Origin: an uncultured Desulfarculus sp.
GTDB taxonomy: Bacteria > Desulfobacterota > Desulfarculia > Desulfarculales > Desulfarculaceae
Assembly (NCBI GenBank): GCA_963665125.2
Contig: CAXXUK010000001.1
Span: 2,464,001-2,528,000, forward strand
Direction of reading: 5' to 3'
DNA length: 64,000 bases
The notes below the pieces were generated by a model. The model searched no databases and had not been told where the DNA came from. It was given only the letters and a program-made list of their open reading frames with translations. Position numbers and translations under genes: made by a program. Below are positions 18,928 to 29,777 of the stretch, in pieces (position 1 is the stretch's first letter; each line of letters starts with the position of its first letter).

Positions 18928-20655
18928 CTAGGCCTGCAATTCTTCCAGAATCATCTGCTTGAGCTTATATTTCTCCACCTTGAAGGTGGGGGTCAGCGGC
19001 AAGGCGTCGATGAAGCGCAGGTGCTTGGGCAGCATGTATTTGGGCATCTCTCCCTTGAGCCATTCCCGGAAATCGGTTTCAATGATGGTCTGGCCTTCCT
19101 TGGCCACCACAAACACCACGATGTCGTCTTCGCCGCCCTCGGCAGCGGGAATAGGCAGAGCCGCGCTGGCGGCCACGGCACCATAGCTGTTGACGATGTC
19201 TTCCACCTGGTATGACGATACGTTCTCGCCCCTGGTGCGGATGAATCCGCCCATGCGGTCCACGAAGTAGAAGAAGCCGTCTTCGTCCTTGTATACGCCG
19301 TCGCCGGTGTGCAGCCACTGGTTACGGTAGGTCTCGGCCGTGGCCTCGGGCTTGTTGAAGTATTCGTTAAAAATCATAAAGGGCAGCTTGCTGCGCACGC
19401 CCAGCTGGCCGTGCTGGTTGGCGCCCAGTTCGTTGTCCCTCTCGTCCAGCACCGCCACCTCCAAAAGGGGCGAGATGGAGCCCATGAAGCCCTTGGCCAG
19501 GGTGACGGCCTTTTCCGGCTCCACCACAACGCCTCCGGCGGCGACGACCCTGCGGCGCAGTTCCTGCTTGGAGTAGCCCTTGTACAGATCGGCCGGGGTG
19601 CCCTCGGCGTCGCCGAACTCGTCCAGGATGCCGATGAAGGGGTTGCCCGACTCGGTCTGGCCGTAGCCGCAGATCACGAAATCAATGCCGAAACGGCGGG
19701 CAAAGGTCTGGTGATACAGGGGCAGCGGCTGCATGTAGGCCTTATTGAGGGTGTTGCGGCGGTCGTTTTCGCTGGGCGGGGGCATCTGGAGCCAGGGCAT
19801 CATCACGTCCAGCAGGATGGCCATGGTGGCCCCGCTCTTGTTGATGCGGTTCCAGAATTCGCCCACGCTGAAGCTGTCCCACATGGCCACCTTGCAGCCC
19901 ACCCAGGCGGCCCGGGCCAGGTTGATGAAGCATCCTGCCACGTGATACATGGGCAGGTCGTTGAAGATCACGTCGTCCTCGGTGACGATATTCAGGGCAT
20001 TATGCACGTACTGCCTGGTCCAGCGGTGGGTGTGCACCACGCCCTTGGCCGGGCCCGTGGTGCCCGAGGTGTAGACGATGTTGGCCAGGTCCCAGGGATC
20101 GATAACCTCGCTGGGTTTGGCTTGACTGCCTTTGAGCAGCTCCGAGAAGTCAATGGCCTCGAAGTTGGCGTGCAGGGAGTTGTCCTTGGCCTGGGCCTTG
20201 AAGTCATGGTCGCTTTCCTGGGGCCTGTGCACCACCACCTTCATGGCGCCGATCTCGTCGGCAATATGGTTCAGCAAGGGCTCGCGGCCGTTTTCGGTTA
20301 TCAGCAGTTTGGGCCCGGTGTCGTTGATCTGGTACGACAGCAGCCGTCCCTGGTAGTTGAAGTTGATGGGACTGAACACGGCCCCGGCCTTCCAGATGCC
20401 AAACATGGCCAGGGATGTCACCAACGGATTAAGCAGGAACAGGGAAACGCGGTCGCCCTTTTCAACGCCCATGGCCATGAGGCTGTTGGCTATGCTGTTG
20501 GCCGCCTCGTCAAACTCCTTGAAGGTGAAGCTGCGGTCGTCTTCGCCATAGTAAAAAAACACCTCATCGGGCTTTTTCGCGGCCCATTTCTCCATGGCGT
20601 CGACAACCACCTCATCATATAGCGCCAGCTGCTTTTCAAGATCCGTCTTGTCCAT
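18928..20655 (-). CDS. ATP-dependent acyl-CoA ligase (CaiC-like)
   Basis: YTSGTTGPAKG, GYGQTE, WLHTGD, FVDR, RGENVSS.QVE, LPLTPTFKVEK. Confidence 0.88.
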   Translation of the reverse strand: MDKTDLEKQLALYDEVVVDAMEKWAAKKPDEVFFYYGEDDRSFTFKEFDEAANSIANSLMAMGVEKGDRVSLFLLNPLVTSLAMFGIWKAGAVFSPINFNYQGRLLSYQINDTGPKLLITENGREPLLNHIADEIGAMKVVVHRPQESDHDFKAQAKDNSLHANFEAIDFSELLKGSQAKPSEVIDPWDLANIVYTSGTTGPAKGVVHTHRWTRQYVHNALNIVTEDDVIFNDLPMYHVAGCFINLARAAWVGCKVAMWDSFSVGEFWNRINKSGATMAILLDVMMPWLQMPPPSENDRRNTLNKAYMQPLPLYHQTFARRFGIDFVICGYGQTESGNPFIGILDEFGDAEGTPADLYKGYSKQELRRRVVAAGGVVVEPEKAVTLAKGFMGSISPLLEVAVLDERDNELGANQHGQLGVRSKLPFMIFNEYFNKPEATAETYRNQWLHTGDGVYKDEDGFFYFVDRMGGFIRTRGENVSSYQVEDIVNSYGAVAASAALPIPAAEGGEDDIVVFVVAKEGQTIIETDFREWLKGEMPKYMLPKHLRFIDALPLTPTFKVEKYKLKQMILEELQA

Positions 20656-20710
20656 AAGGCCTCCGTAACCTAATTTTGGTTCATTTGCAGTTGGGCGACG
20701 GTTGCGCCGA

Positions 20711-22264
20711 TCAAGGCATCACGCCGTGCCTCATCACCGGCGCCGGCGGCTGGCAGCGGCGGTTGGCCGCCAGTTGCAGCGCCTTTATCAAACGGGGCCG
20801 GGTATCCCGCGGGTCGATGACGTCGTCGATGTTGAAATTGGCCGCCGCGGGATAGGCCCCGGAAAAGCGGGTGTACATTTCGGCAAGCTCCTTCCAGAGC
20901 TTGTCAGGGTCGGGCGAGGCCGCCAGCTCGGCCCCGTGGGCGGCCTTGATGGCGCTGTCCACGGGCAGGGAGGCGAAGTCGGCGGTGGGCCAGGCCAGGG
21001 TCAGGGTCTGGCCCACGCCATAGCCGCACATGGCCGAGCCGCCGAAACCGAAGGCCTTGCGCAAAACCACCGTGAACTTGGGCACGTCGGCCCAGGCCAG
21101 GGCGTGGGCCACCGCGAGCCCGCTGCGCAGGGCCCCTTCCCTTTCCGAGCGCGGTCCGGTCATCACCCCCGGCACGTCCACCAGAAACACTAGGGGGATG
21201 TGATAAGCCGAGCACAGGTCGATGAAGTGCCGCTCCTTCTGGGCGGCCTTGGCCGTGATGGCCCCGGCGTCCACGGCGGGCTGGTTGGCCACTATGCCCA
21301 CCACATGCCCGCCCAAGCGGGCCAGGCCGGTTATCATCATGGGCGCGAACAGGGGCTTGATTTCAAAAAAGCTGTCCTTGTCCACCACATGACCGATGAC
21401 CTTCTTCATGTCATAGGCCCGCCGGGAACTCGACGGCAGGATGTCCAGCAATTTCGGGTCGCGGCGGCCGGGGTCGTCGCCGGTATCGGCCCATGGCGGA
21501 TACTGCCAGGCGTTGGTGGGCATGTAGGACAGATAGTCGCGGGCCATCCGCAGGGCCTGGTGGTCGTCGTCGGCCGGGTTGTCGGCCACGCCCGATATGG
21601 CGCAGTGCACGTCCGTCCCGCCCAGTTCCTCCTTGGTCACCTCCTGGCCCAGGGACATCAGCACCACCGGCGGTCCGCCCGCGGCCATCATGCCGGTCCC
21701 CCTAACCATGATGGAAAACTCCAGCAGGCTGCCTTCCAGGGAAGACTCCCCGGCACAGGGGCCCATGATCACCCCCAACATTGGTGCCACGCCGGAAAGA
21801 CGGGCCATCTTGACGTACTGCATGGCCGGCGGCAGGCCCTCGGCCGAGTCGCCCAGCATCTGGGCCCTGGCGCCCGAACCGTCCAGCAGAAACACCAGGG
21901 GCACCTTTTCCTGGGTGGCCAGGTCGATCATGCGCAGGCGTTTGTGAAAGTTGGTGACCCCGGTTGAGCCACCCAGCACGGTGAAGTCCTCGGCGATGAC
22001 GCCCACGTGCCTGCCGTCCACCAGGCCGAAGCCGGCCACCAGGCCGTCGGCCGGGGTAATAGGCTGGCCGGCCTTTTGCCCGGCATGGCTGGCCAACAGG
22101 CCATATTCCTCAAACGAGCCTTGATCCAGCAGCAGGCCGACACGTTCCCGAACGGTCATTTTCCCCTGGGACCGCTGCCGCTCAACCCTCTTCGCTCCCC
22201 CCATGGCCATGGCTTCCCGTTTGCGCTCGGCCAGATCTGCGACGGCATCTTTCATGGGTTTCAT
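20711..22264 (-). CDS. Acyl-CoA carboxylase beta subunit / carboxyltransferase
   Basis: GKMTVRER...LLD.GSF.E, DFTVLGGS, LDGSGAR, EELGG...H...SGV, VDVPG, IDDVIDPRDTR. Confidence 0.9.
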   Translation of the reverse strand: MKPMKDAVADLAERKREAMAMGGAKRVERQRSQGKMTVRERVGLLLDQGSFEEYGLLASHAGQKAGQPITPADGLVAGFGLVDGRHVGVIAEDFTVLGGSTGVTNFHKRLRMIDLATQEKVPLVFLLDGSGARAQMLGDSAEGLPPAMQYVKMARLSGVAPMLGVIMGPCAGESSLEGSLLEFSIMVRGTGMMAAGGPPVVLMSLGQEVTKEELGGTDVHCAISGVADNPADDDHQALRMARDYLSYMPTNAWQYPPWADTGDDPGRRDPKLLDILPSSSRRAYDMKKVIGHVVDKDSFFEIKPLFAPMMITGLARLGGHVVGIVANQPAVDAGAITAKAAQKERHFIDLCSAYHIPLVFLVDVPGVMTGPRSEREGALRSGLAVAHALAWADVPKFTVVLRKAFGFGGSAMCGYGVGQTLTLAWPTADFASLPVDSAIKAAHGAELAASPDPDKLWKELAEMYTRFSGAYPAAANFNIDDVIDPRDTRPRLIKALQLAANRRCQPPAPVMRHGVMP

Positions 22265-22642
22265 GCTGCTTGCCCTCCACAGGTGTGGCAAACCATCTCA
22301 TGGCCAGTTTCCATAGCCGCCAATTGTTTTTCGGCTACTTTTGCCATAATCATTTTTTGTATTAGCATCATATTTTATCCATGTAATGATTTTCAAGTCG
22401 TATTAATACTGTTCTTTTTATTTTTAGCTAATTTTCTTACATCTCATATTTTTAACATTGTTTCGCCCCCCGATACACAAGCCCATAGATCATCTTTCCA
22501 GCCGTGGCCGGACAATTGCACGTTCTTTCAGTGCCGGACCCGGAAAGGTACGCCTCGATTATGGCATGCAGTACCTGGTCACTTGGGCGGTTAAGTTCAC
22601 CGGAATTCCGTCAAACCGCGGCGGCGGGCCGCTTGAACAAAG

Positions 22643-22680
22643 AAAAAGCCCACACCATCCGTCAACCGGAGGGTGTGGGC
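22643..22680 (-). terminator. Intrinsic terminator
   Basis: GCCCACACC...GGTGTGGGC stem followed by a U-tract on the minus strand, downstream of the 84-aa gene. Confidence 0.6.
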
Positions 22681-22757
22681 ATTGATTATCAAAGTGCGGA
22701 GGTATCAGGGGCTGAGCCTGCAGACGGCCCCAATATCCGCGTCATACGGGCGGCAAA

Positions 22758-23012
22758 TTAAGCGAACATCTCAAAGTTGGTAAAGAACTGCCCGATCTGC
22801 ACGCCGAGATATACGCATTCCACGCCTTCAAGGCAGGAACTGGCGTCTTTTTCGTCCAGCAGGGTGTGCAGGCGGTGATCGCCCTTGCTCAGTTTGATGA
22901 CCCAATATTTTTTGTCGGGCTTGTACTCCAATTCCAAATCAAGGCCGTGCTCTTGAATCTTGGGGTACATTTCATTTAGTTTGGCTGCCAATTCAGATGC
23001 TTTGTGTTCCAT
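22758..23012 (-). CDS. Small hypothetical protein (84 aa)
   Basis: Strong RBS (GGAGGAAG), protein-like composition, C-x4-C near the C-terminus, own terminator. Confidence 0.75.
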   Translation of the reverse strand: MEHKASELAAKLNEMYPKIQEHGLDLELEYKPDKKYWVIKLSKGDHRLHTLLDEKDASSCLEGVECVYLGVQIGQFFTNFEMFA

Positions 23013-23239
23013 TTTCTTCCTCCGTTCCGCTTTTCGCTAGGGAATCCATGGGTCACATGTTTTACCGGAAAACCTTCCGGCCACTCGCCAATGGCTATGT
23101 TGTTAATAGTGTAAGACATAGTATGTCGATGGTCAAACCTGGGAGCCCCCAAACGGCTCAACCCGGCTGACCATGGGCGGCAACACGTTAATAATATACA
23201 CCAATTTTTACAATGAAATCGGCGACCCGCCGTCTGCCG

Positions 23240-24097
23240 TTAGCGGCGAATACGCCCCTTGAGATCTTCCAGTTCGGCCCGCGCCTGATCCATGCACTCG
23301 GGGCAGATGCCGTGACTGAACCGGGCTTCGGAATGGGTGGTGACGTATTGCTCCACCTGTTGCCAATAGCCCTGGTCATCCCGGATCTTCTTGCAGTGGG
23401 CGCAGATGGGCACGATGCCCCGCAGGGTCTTGATCTCGGCCTGGAGCTTTTCGCTGACCATGAGCAAAATGGCCGCCAACAGACTGAAGACAAAGATGAT
23501 ATTCCAAAGGAACATCACCTCGTTGATGGCCCCCCATTTGAAGTAGGCCCCTTCCAATGGCAGTGTTTGTAGCAACACAATGCGAACGAGCATGACCAGT
23601 GCTTGCAGTGCATATACGACAGACCCGTATATCCGCATGGGCCGCCGCAAGGCCAGGGCGCCCCTGAACAGATCTTGGGCGATGAGGATGCAGAACAGCG
23701 CGACAACCAGGGCGACCAGGGTGCTGCATGCGGTCTGGGACGGACTTACATACGTAAACCAGATGGTCAGCAAAAACTGCACCAAGACCAACGACCACAT
23801 GGCGCGGTAAAGAGGCGGCCGCTCCACGAAAATGCGCATTCCGATCCAACCTATTCCGTAGGACAGGGCAAACGCCGTGTTGGCCCCCACCACCGTCAAC
23901 AACGCCGGGGCGGCGGCTCCCTTGAGCAACACCAGACATAGGCCGATGGCGGAGAAAATGGAGGCAATAGTCCACTGGAGGGTGCCACCCACCAGGGAAC
24001 CGGACCTGTGCAGCAGGTAGTACAGCACCGGTGAAAACAAGCTTATGGCCGTGATGGATATGATCAGGGTTTTGACGTCGAGCATTGGGCGGGCCAT
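23240..24097 (-). CDS. 7-TM membrane sensor-like protein with C-terminal ICxxCKKIRD...SHGICPEC domain
   Basis: Seven hydrophobic segments followed by IKTLRGIVPICAHCKKIRDDQGYWQQVEQY...FSHGICPEC. Confidence 0.8.
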   Translation of the reverse strand: MARPMLDVKTLIISITAISLFSPVLYYLLHRSGSLVGGTLQWTIASIFSAIGLCLVLLKGAAAPALLTVVGANTAFALSYGIGWIGMRIFVERPPLYRAMWSLVLVQFLLTIWFTYVSPSQTACSTLVALVVALFCILIAQDLFRGALALRRPMRIYGSVVYALQALVMLVRIVLLQTLPLEGAYFKWGAINEVMFLWNIIFVFSLLAAILLMVSEKLQAEIKTLRGIVPICAHCKKIRDDQGYWQQVEQYVTTHSEARFSHGICPECMDQARAELEDLKGRIRR

Positions 24098-24258
24098 CCG
24101 AAATCGCGTTAGGGCTTAAGTAGCGCATTATATTATAGACGGAGTCTGATTTTCACCAGGCGATTTCGGTAAATGCCGGACAGGCAAAAAAGAAGCGCTC
24201 CCCTCCCCCGGCCATAGAGATTAAGCTACACACGAAAAAGTTGTTATTTTCCGATTTG

Positions 24259-24948
24259 TTATTCTATTTTGTCATGCTTTTGTAAGTTATGTTTACAGCA
24301 CAACAATTGGATATTATCGGCTGTTTGAGAAGATCCGCCCTTTGACCATGGTATGATGTGATCGAAATGTAAATCATCGGTCGAACCACAGACAACACAT
24401 TTTCCTCCATCTCGTTTCCATACTGCGACTTTTACTGATGTTGGGATGATGCGCCTACGTTCTTTGTGATCTGTCTGTTCAACAGGGGAACCATCAATTT
24501 CATCAGTTGCAACTAATTTAAACTTAAAAACTAGTCTGCCACCCTCAGCTACGGACCAAGAATCAACCAAATTGAACATGCCATTATATGACCAAATACC
24601 CTGCTTAATTTTTTCATAGACTCTTACTTTCTCAACGGTTCGCAATCCGCGCACATATTCCTGTGCAGCACGAAAAAATTTACCGTTTTCGTTTATCTTT
24701 CCAGAAGAGCCCATTAATGTCTGGTTAACTACTTTTGGATTTGGGTTGTGGTTGCTTTTAGGTACATCATGGCCCTCGTAGACTATCGTTGACCCATCGT
24801 CCTCAAATCGATCCGCGTATGGGCTACCATTTCTTACGGACATCAAAATAACCGAATAATCTGGCCTAATCCTATAGTTCATTCCGCGCTGTAGACTTAT
24901 TGCCTCGCGTGTACACATTTCAAGATAACTAATGATTTCGTTCGCCAT
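24259..24948 (-). CDS. HNH endonuclease with N-terminal SRA/YDG-like domain (candidate modification-dependent restriction enzyme)
   Basis: C-terminal VWKRDGGKCVVCG...HFDHIIPWSKGG...NIQLLC.KHNL.K; N-terminal YADRFEDDGSTIVYEGH...VRVYEK...WSYNGMFNLVDSW...VFKFKL resembles SRA; AT-rich. Confidence 0.78.
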   Translation of the reverse strand: MANEIISYLEMCTREAISLQRGMNYRIRPDYSVILMSVRNGSPYADRFEDDGSTIVYEGHDVPKSNHNPNPKVVNQTLMGSSGKINENGKFFRAAQEYVRGLRTVEKVRVYEKIKQGIWSYNGMFNLVDSWSVAEGGRLVFKFKLVATDEIDGSPVEQTDHKERRRIIPTSVKVAVWKRDGGKCVVCGSTDDLHFDHIIPWSKGGSSQTADNIQLLCCKHNLQKHDKIE

Positions 24949-25028
24949 ACAAGCTCGCGTTTAAACTGGATTAAGCACAATAGTTACATATTAAATTCGT
25001 TAACTTTTCTGCATTAGTTTTATAACAC

Positions 25029-25072
25029 AAAACCTCCCTATGTCCGCAACTTGTAGAAGGTCATAGGGAGGT
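25029..25072 (-). terminator. Terminator downstream of icmF
   Basis: ACCTCCCTATG/CATAGGGAGGT inverted repeat followed by TTT on the minus strand. Confidence 0.6.
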
Positions 25073-25097
25073 AAATGAACGTTAATGACTCTTTAAT

Positions 25098-28000
25098 CTA
25101 CATGCCCCGGCGGTACATGCCTCCCACATCGTAGAGGGCCTTGGTGATCTGGCCCAGGGAGCAAGAACGCACCGTGCTCATCAGCTCTCCGAAGACGTTG
25201 CCGCCTTCCAGGGCCGCCTTTTGCAGGCTCTTCAGGGCCTGGGGAGCCTCTTCGGCGTGGGTCTGGTGGAACTTGTTCAGACGATCGAGCTGGCTGCGCT
25301 TTTCGTCCTCGGTGGCCCGGGCCAGTTCTAGTTCACACTGGGCCTCCTCATAGTTCGCGTTTGGATTGAGGAAGGTGTTGACGCCGATGATTGGCAACTC
25401 GCCGGTGTGCTTGAGCGTCTCGTAATAGATGCTCTCGTCCTGGATCTTGGAGCGCTGATAGCCGGTCTCCATGGCTCCCAATACGCCGCCCCTGGCCGTG
25501 ATGCGGTCGAATTCGGCCAGCACGGCCTCCTCCACCAGGTCGGTCAACTCGTTGACGATGAACGCGCCTTGCAGCGGGTTTTCGTTCTTGGCCAGGCCCC
25601 ACTCGCGGTTGATGATCATCTGGATGGCCAGGGCCCGGCGCACCGATTCCTCGGTAGGCGTGGTGATGGCCTCGTCATAGGCGTTGGTGTGCAGGCTGTT
25701 GCAGTTGTCGTAGATGGCGCACAGGGCCTGCAGGGTGGTGCGGATATCGTTGAACTGGATTTCCTGGCTGTGCAGCGAGCGGCCCGAGGTCTGAATATGA
25801 TACTTGAGCATCTGGCTGCGGGTGTTGCCCTTGTACAGGTTGCGCATGGCCACCGACCAGATGCGCCGGGCCACCCGGCCGATCACCGTGTATTCCGGGT
25901 CCATGCCGTTGCTGAAGAAATAGCTCAGGTTGGGCGCGAAGTCGTCTATGCTCATGCCCCGGCTGAGGTAGTACTCCACATAAGTAAAGCCGTTGGCCAG
26001 GGTCAGGGCCGTCTGGGTGATGGGATTGGCCCCTGCCTCGGCAATGTGGTAGCCGCTGATGGACACGCTATAGAAATTGCGCACGTCGTTGTTGATGAAA
26101 AACTGCTGAATGTCGCCCATCATGCGCAGGGCGAAATCGACGCTAAAGATGCAGGTGTTCTGACCCTGGTCTTCCTTGAGGATGTCGGCCTGCACCGTGC
26201 CGCGCACTGTCTGCAGCACATGTTCTCTTATGCGCTCCAGTTCCTCGACGTCGGGCCGGCGGCCCTGATCCGCCTCGAATTTGGCAACCTGCTGATCCAG
26301 GGCCGTATTGAAGAAAAAGGCCAGCATGATCGGGGCCGGGCCGTTGACGGTCATGCTCACGCTGGTGCCCGGATCGCAAAGGTCGAATCCGTCGTAGAGG
26401 ACCTTCATGTCCTCCAGGGTGCAGATGCTCACCCCGCTGGTGCCGACCTTGCCGTAGATGTCGGGGCGCAGGTCCGGGTCCCAGCCGTAGAGGGTCACCG
26501 AGTCGAAGGCCGTGCTCAAGCGGGCCGCCTTGGCGTCGCGGCTCAGGAGCTTGAAGCGGCGGTTGGTGCGGAACGGGTCGCCCTCGCCGGCGAACATGCG
26601 GGTGGGGTCTTCGTCGGTGCGCTTGAAGGGGAACACCCCGGCGGTGAAGGGGAAGCTGCCGGGCACGTTTTCCGAGCGCATCCAGGTATAGACCTCGGCA
26701 GGGTCCTCCCATTTGGGCAGGCAAACCTTGGGGATGTCCAGGCCGCACAGCGAACGGGTGGTCAGCGGCACGCTGAACTGCTTGTCCCTAACCTTGTATT
26801 TGTATTCGCGGCCCGAATAGGCCTTTTGCATTTCCGGCCATTGGGCCAAAAGCTTATGGGTGTTGTCGGTGTAGCCTTCCTCGATATCGTGCACTTCGGC
26901 CCGCATGGCGTCCAGGACCGTCTTGTAGCCCTTTTTGCCCTTGTATTTCTTGGCCATGTAGTCGTGGGCGTTCTTGAGCTGCCAGATCTGGCGCACCTTG
27001 GCGGCCTGTTTTTTGGTCTGTTTGTGATAGGACCGCACCGCGTCGGCGATATCCGACAGATAGCGCTCCCTGTGGGGCGGCACGATAATGGTCTTGTCCT
27101 CGCTGTAGGCCTCCTTGGGCTTTTGGCGCTGGGATTCGAACTTAACGCCGGTCTTTTCGGCGATCTTGTCCAGCAGACCCAGATACAGCGAAGTGACGCC
27201 CTCGTCGTTGAACTTGGCGGCAATGGTGCCGTAGACGGGCATCTTATCCGGGTCCACATGCCATAGGCCCTGGTTGCGCTGCATCTGCTTGCGTACGTCG
27301 CGCAGGGCGTCCTCGGCCCCCCGGCGGTCGAATTTGTTGATGGCCACCAGATCGGCGAAGTCGAGCATGTCGATCTTTTCCAGCTGGGAGGCCGCGCCGA
27401 ATTCGCAGGTCATCACATACAGGCTCAGGTCCACGTGATCGACCACGGCGGCGTCGCCCTGGCCGATGCCCGCCGTCTCGACAATGACCAGGTCAAACCC
27501 GGCGGCCGCGGCCACCTTGGTCACCCCGTCCAGGCCCCGGCTGATCTCCAGGCCGCTGCCTCTGGTGGCCAGTGAGCGCAGATGGATGCGGTCGGACTCG
27601 AGGCTGTTGAGACGGATGCGGTCGCCCAACAGGGCGCCGCCGCTCTTGCGCCGGGTGGGGTCCACGCTGATGACGGCCACCCGCTTGTCCGGGAAATCGC
27701 CCAGGAAACGAATAAGAAGTTCGTCGGTGAGGCTGCTCTTGCCCGCGCCGCCCGTGCCGGTGATGCCAAGCACCGGGGCCTTTTTACCGCCGCCATTGGC
27801 GCCGAGCACCTTGTACCAGCCGTCAAGTTCGCGGCCGGCCAGGGCCTCGCGCTCCACCAGGGTCATGGCCCGGGAAACGCGCATGGTCTCTTCCGGCCTC
27901 AGATTCTGGAAGTCGGCCGGACTCTGGCCGTCGCCCAGGGCATAGTCCACGCTGGAGACCAGGTGGTTGATCATGCCCTGGAGGCCCATCAGACGGCCGT

Positions 28001-28379
28001 CTTCGGGCGAATAGATCTTGGCCACGCCATAGGCTTCCAGTTCCTTGATCTCGTCGGGCACGATAACCCCGCCGCCGCCGCCGAAAACCTTGATGTGGCC
28101 AGCGTCGCGCTCCCTGAGCAGATCGACGATGTACTTGAAGAACTCCACGTGGCCGCCCTGGTAGCAGCTGGCGCACACGGCATGGGCGTCTTCCTGGATG
28201 GCCGCGTCGACGATGTCCTGCACCGAGCGGTTGTGGCCCAGGTGGATCACCTCGGCGCCGGTGCCCTGCAGGATGCGCCTGATGATATTGATGGCCGCGT
28301 CGTGGCCGTCAAAAAGCGATGCCGCCGTTACAGTGCGAACCGGGTTCTTGGGTACATACGGTTTGGTTTCTATGGTCAT
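25098..28379 (-). CDS. icmF: Fused isobutyryl-CoA mutase / MeaB-like GTPase
   Basis: N-terminal B12-binding [22 protein letters not shown]ase, ETAGIGQ, mutase [30 protein letters not shown]; start ATG 28379 (MTIETKPY). Confidence 0.96.
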   Translation of the reverse strand: MTIETKPYVPKNPVRTVTAASLFDGHDAAINIIRRILQGTGAEVIHLGHNRSVQDIVDAAIQEDAHAVCASCYQGGHVEFFKYIVDLLRERDAGHIKVFGGGGGVIVPDEIKELEAYGVAKIYSPEDGRLMGLQGMINHLVSSVDYALGDGQSPADFQNLRPEETMRVSRAMTLVEREALAGRELDGWYKVLGANGGGKKAPVLGITGTGGAGKSSLTDELLIRFLGDFPDKRVAVISVDPTRRKSGGALLGDRIRLNSLESDRIHLRSLATRGSGLEISRGLDGVTKVAAAAGFDLVIVETAGIGQGDAAVVDHVDLSLYVMTCEFGAASQLEKIDMLDFADLVAINKFDRRGAEDALRDVRKQMQRNQGLWHVDPDKMPVYGTIAAKFNDEGVTSLYLGLLDKIAEKTGVKFESQRQKPKEAYSEDKTIIVPPHRERYLSDIADAVRSYHKQTKKQAAKVRQIWQLKNAHDYMAKKYKGKKGYKTVLDAMRAEVHDIEEGYTDNTHKLLAQWPEMQKAYSGREYKYKVRDKQFSVPLTTRSLCGLDIPKVCLPKWEDPAEVYTWMRSENVPGSFPFTAGVFPFKRTDEDPTRMFAGEGDPFRTNRRFKLLSRDAKAARLSTAFDSVTLYGWDPDLRPDIYGKVGTSGVSICTLEDMKVLYDGFDLCDPGTSVSMTVNGPAPIMLAFFFNTALDQQVAKFEADQGRRPDVEELERIREHVLQTVRGTVQADILKEDQGQNTCIFSVDFALRMMGDIQQFFINNDVRNFYSVSISGYHIAEAGANPITQTALTLANGFTYVEYYLSRGMSIDDFAPNLSYFFSNGMDPEYTVIGRVARRIWSVAMRNLYKGNTRSQMLKYHIQTSGRSLHSQEIQFNDIRTTLQALCAIYDNCNSLHTNAYDEAITTPTEESVRRALAIQMIINREWGLAKNENPLQGAFIVNELTDLVEEAVLAEFDRITARGGVLGAMETGYQRSKIQDESIYYETLKHTGELPIIGVNTFLNPNANYEEAQCELELARATEDEKRSQLDRLNKFHQTHAEEAPQALKSLQKAALEGGNVFGELMSTVRSCSLGQITKALYDVGGMYRRGM

Positions 28380-28405
28380 GGCTAACCCCCGCCTTATGGG
28401 GAAAA

Positions 28406-29044
28406 TCAAACAAGCTGGCCCATGATCAGGGCCGTTTGGTCTTCGATATATTTTTGCAGGCCGATTTTGGCCAAAGCCCAGCGCCGGAAGGCCCACATGT
28501 GGCCGATTATCATGATGTTATGAGCCATCAGCTCCAGTTCGCCCCTGTTCAGAGGGCGCAGGGAGTAATCCTCCACGCCGCGTTGCAACAGGCCGGTGAA
28601 CATGGCGGTGATGCGCAGTTCATGATCCAGCACATAGCGCATGGCATCCTTGGCCAGGCTTTTTGTTTCCTGGTAAATGAGCGTGATGTGCGGGCCCATT
28701 TGGTCGCAAACGGAGATATAGGCCCCTATGGCCGCGTCAAGGACCCTGGCCCCGGCCCCGCTGAGGGCGATCTGGGGTTTGAGGCTGTCTTCCATTTCCT
28801 GGTGGATGGCCTCGCAGACCAGATACAGCACGTCTTCCTTGTTTTGCACGTATTCGTAGAGCGAACCGATGGAAATGCCCGCGGCCTTGGCCATCTCCCT
28901 GGTGGTGGTCTTGTGGAAGCCTTTTTCGATGAACATGCCCACCGCCGCGTCGGCTATCTGCCGCCGCCGCTTGGCCACCAGGTTCTGGTCCTTGACCACG
29001 GTGGGTATTTTGCGGGCAATGTTTTGTTTGCCTGTTGAGGACAT
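28406..29044 (-). CDS. TetR/AcrR family transcriptional regulator
   Basis: [37 protein letters not shown]; directly upstream of icmF. Confidence 0.93.
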   Translation of the reverse strand: MSSTGKQNIARKIPTVVKDQNLVAKRRRQIADAAVGMFIEKGFHKTTTREMAKAAGISIGSLYEYVQNKEDVLYLVCEAIHQEMEDSLKPQIALSGAGARVLDAAIGAYISVCDQMGPHITLIYQETKSLAKDAMRYVLDHELRITAMFTGLLQRGVEDYSLRPLNRGELELMAHNIMIIGHMWAFRRWALAKIGLQKYIEDQTALIMGQLV

Positions 29045-29083
29045 TGTGCTATTCTGCCGCCTTCAATTGAGGGACACCTCCGA

Positions 29084-29133
29084 CTGAGCGCTCGCTCAGG
29101 TTCAATTTAACAAGATATTGTTCAGGTTGTCAA
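29084..29133 (-). promoter_or_regulatory. Sigma-70 promoter with adjacent palindromic candidate TetR operator
   Basis: Minus strand TTGACA (29128-29133)-N17-TTAAAT (29105-29110), then perfect palindrome CTGAGCG-CT-CGCTCAG (29084-29099). Confidence 0.72.
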
Positions 29134-29270
29134 GGACTCCTTTTCAACATCAGAACAGCACAGAGCCCTGACATATTAATAAGCTCAATTAACTCCCGAT
29201 CATATTATCCTTGTTTTTGCTCCCTTTATATGAATACATATTAACAATTAGTCAGAGAGGGAGGGCAAAT

Positions 29271-29687
29271 ATGCTCAAAAAAGCCATGGTGCTTCTAATA
29301 ATCGTGGGCCTGGCGGTCATCGCCGCGGCGGCCTATGCCCAGCAACAGAGCAAACCCTGCCCCTGGACAATATCCAAAATCGCCGCAGGCAAATGGGGCA
29401 ACGGCAACCACAAGGCGGGGCTATGGGCCAAGGGATCGTTTCCCATCAACATCCCCGGCGTAACCGAGCGGCCCGATTGGTATGTCAACGGCACCAACGT
29501 CGGCAAGTCCCAGATACAATTCGACACGCGGTTCATCCCCAACAGTTCGGGCCTGCTTAAGCCGGGGACCAACACCGTCAAGGTGCAGTTCAACAAGCCG
29601 CCCTACAACGGCGCATCCCACAGCATTACCTTTGACAACTTCAACTGGGATGACGTACCGCCCGGAGGGTACAAGTGGTATAGGTAG
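29271..29687 (+). CDS. Secreted hypothetical protein
   Basis: RBS GGGAGGG, ATG 29271, signal peptide ending AYA, small beta-rich mature region (LKPGTNTVKV). Confidence 0.75.
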   Translation: MLKKAMVLLIIVGLAVIAAAAYAQQQSKPCPWTISKIAAGKWGNGNHKAGLWAKGSFPINIPGVTERPDWYVNGTNVGKSQIQFDTRFIPNSSGLLKPGTNTVKVQFNKPPYNGASHSITFDNFNWDDVPPGGYKWYR

Positions 29688-29718
29688 AACCCGTCTGATA
29701 ATCGCGCATCTTCAACAC

Positions 29719-29758
29719 AAAAAGGCAACACCGCGTATTCAACGGTGCCGCCTTTTTT
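29719..29758. terminator. Bidirectional terminator
   Basis: AAAAAGGC..CACCG...CGGTG..GCCTTTTT between convergent genes. Confidence 0.65.
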
Positions 29759-29777
29759 ATGGGACTATCTACAAAAC

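Noticed and set aside
24100..25097. Mobile element or prophage around the AT-rich HNH gene
   Set aside because: No integrase, transposase, terminal repeats or target duplication visible; only the composition is anomalous.
25407..27266. Long antisense ORFs (e.g. 25407-27266, 36659-38548, 44720-46963, 12876-14240, 19309-20622, 1957-3234)
   Set aside because: Shadows of real genes caused by high-GC codon bias; no recognisable motifs or RBS.
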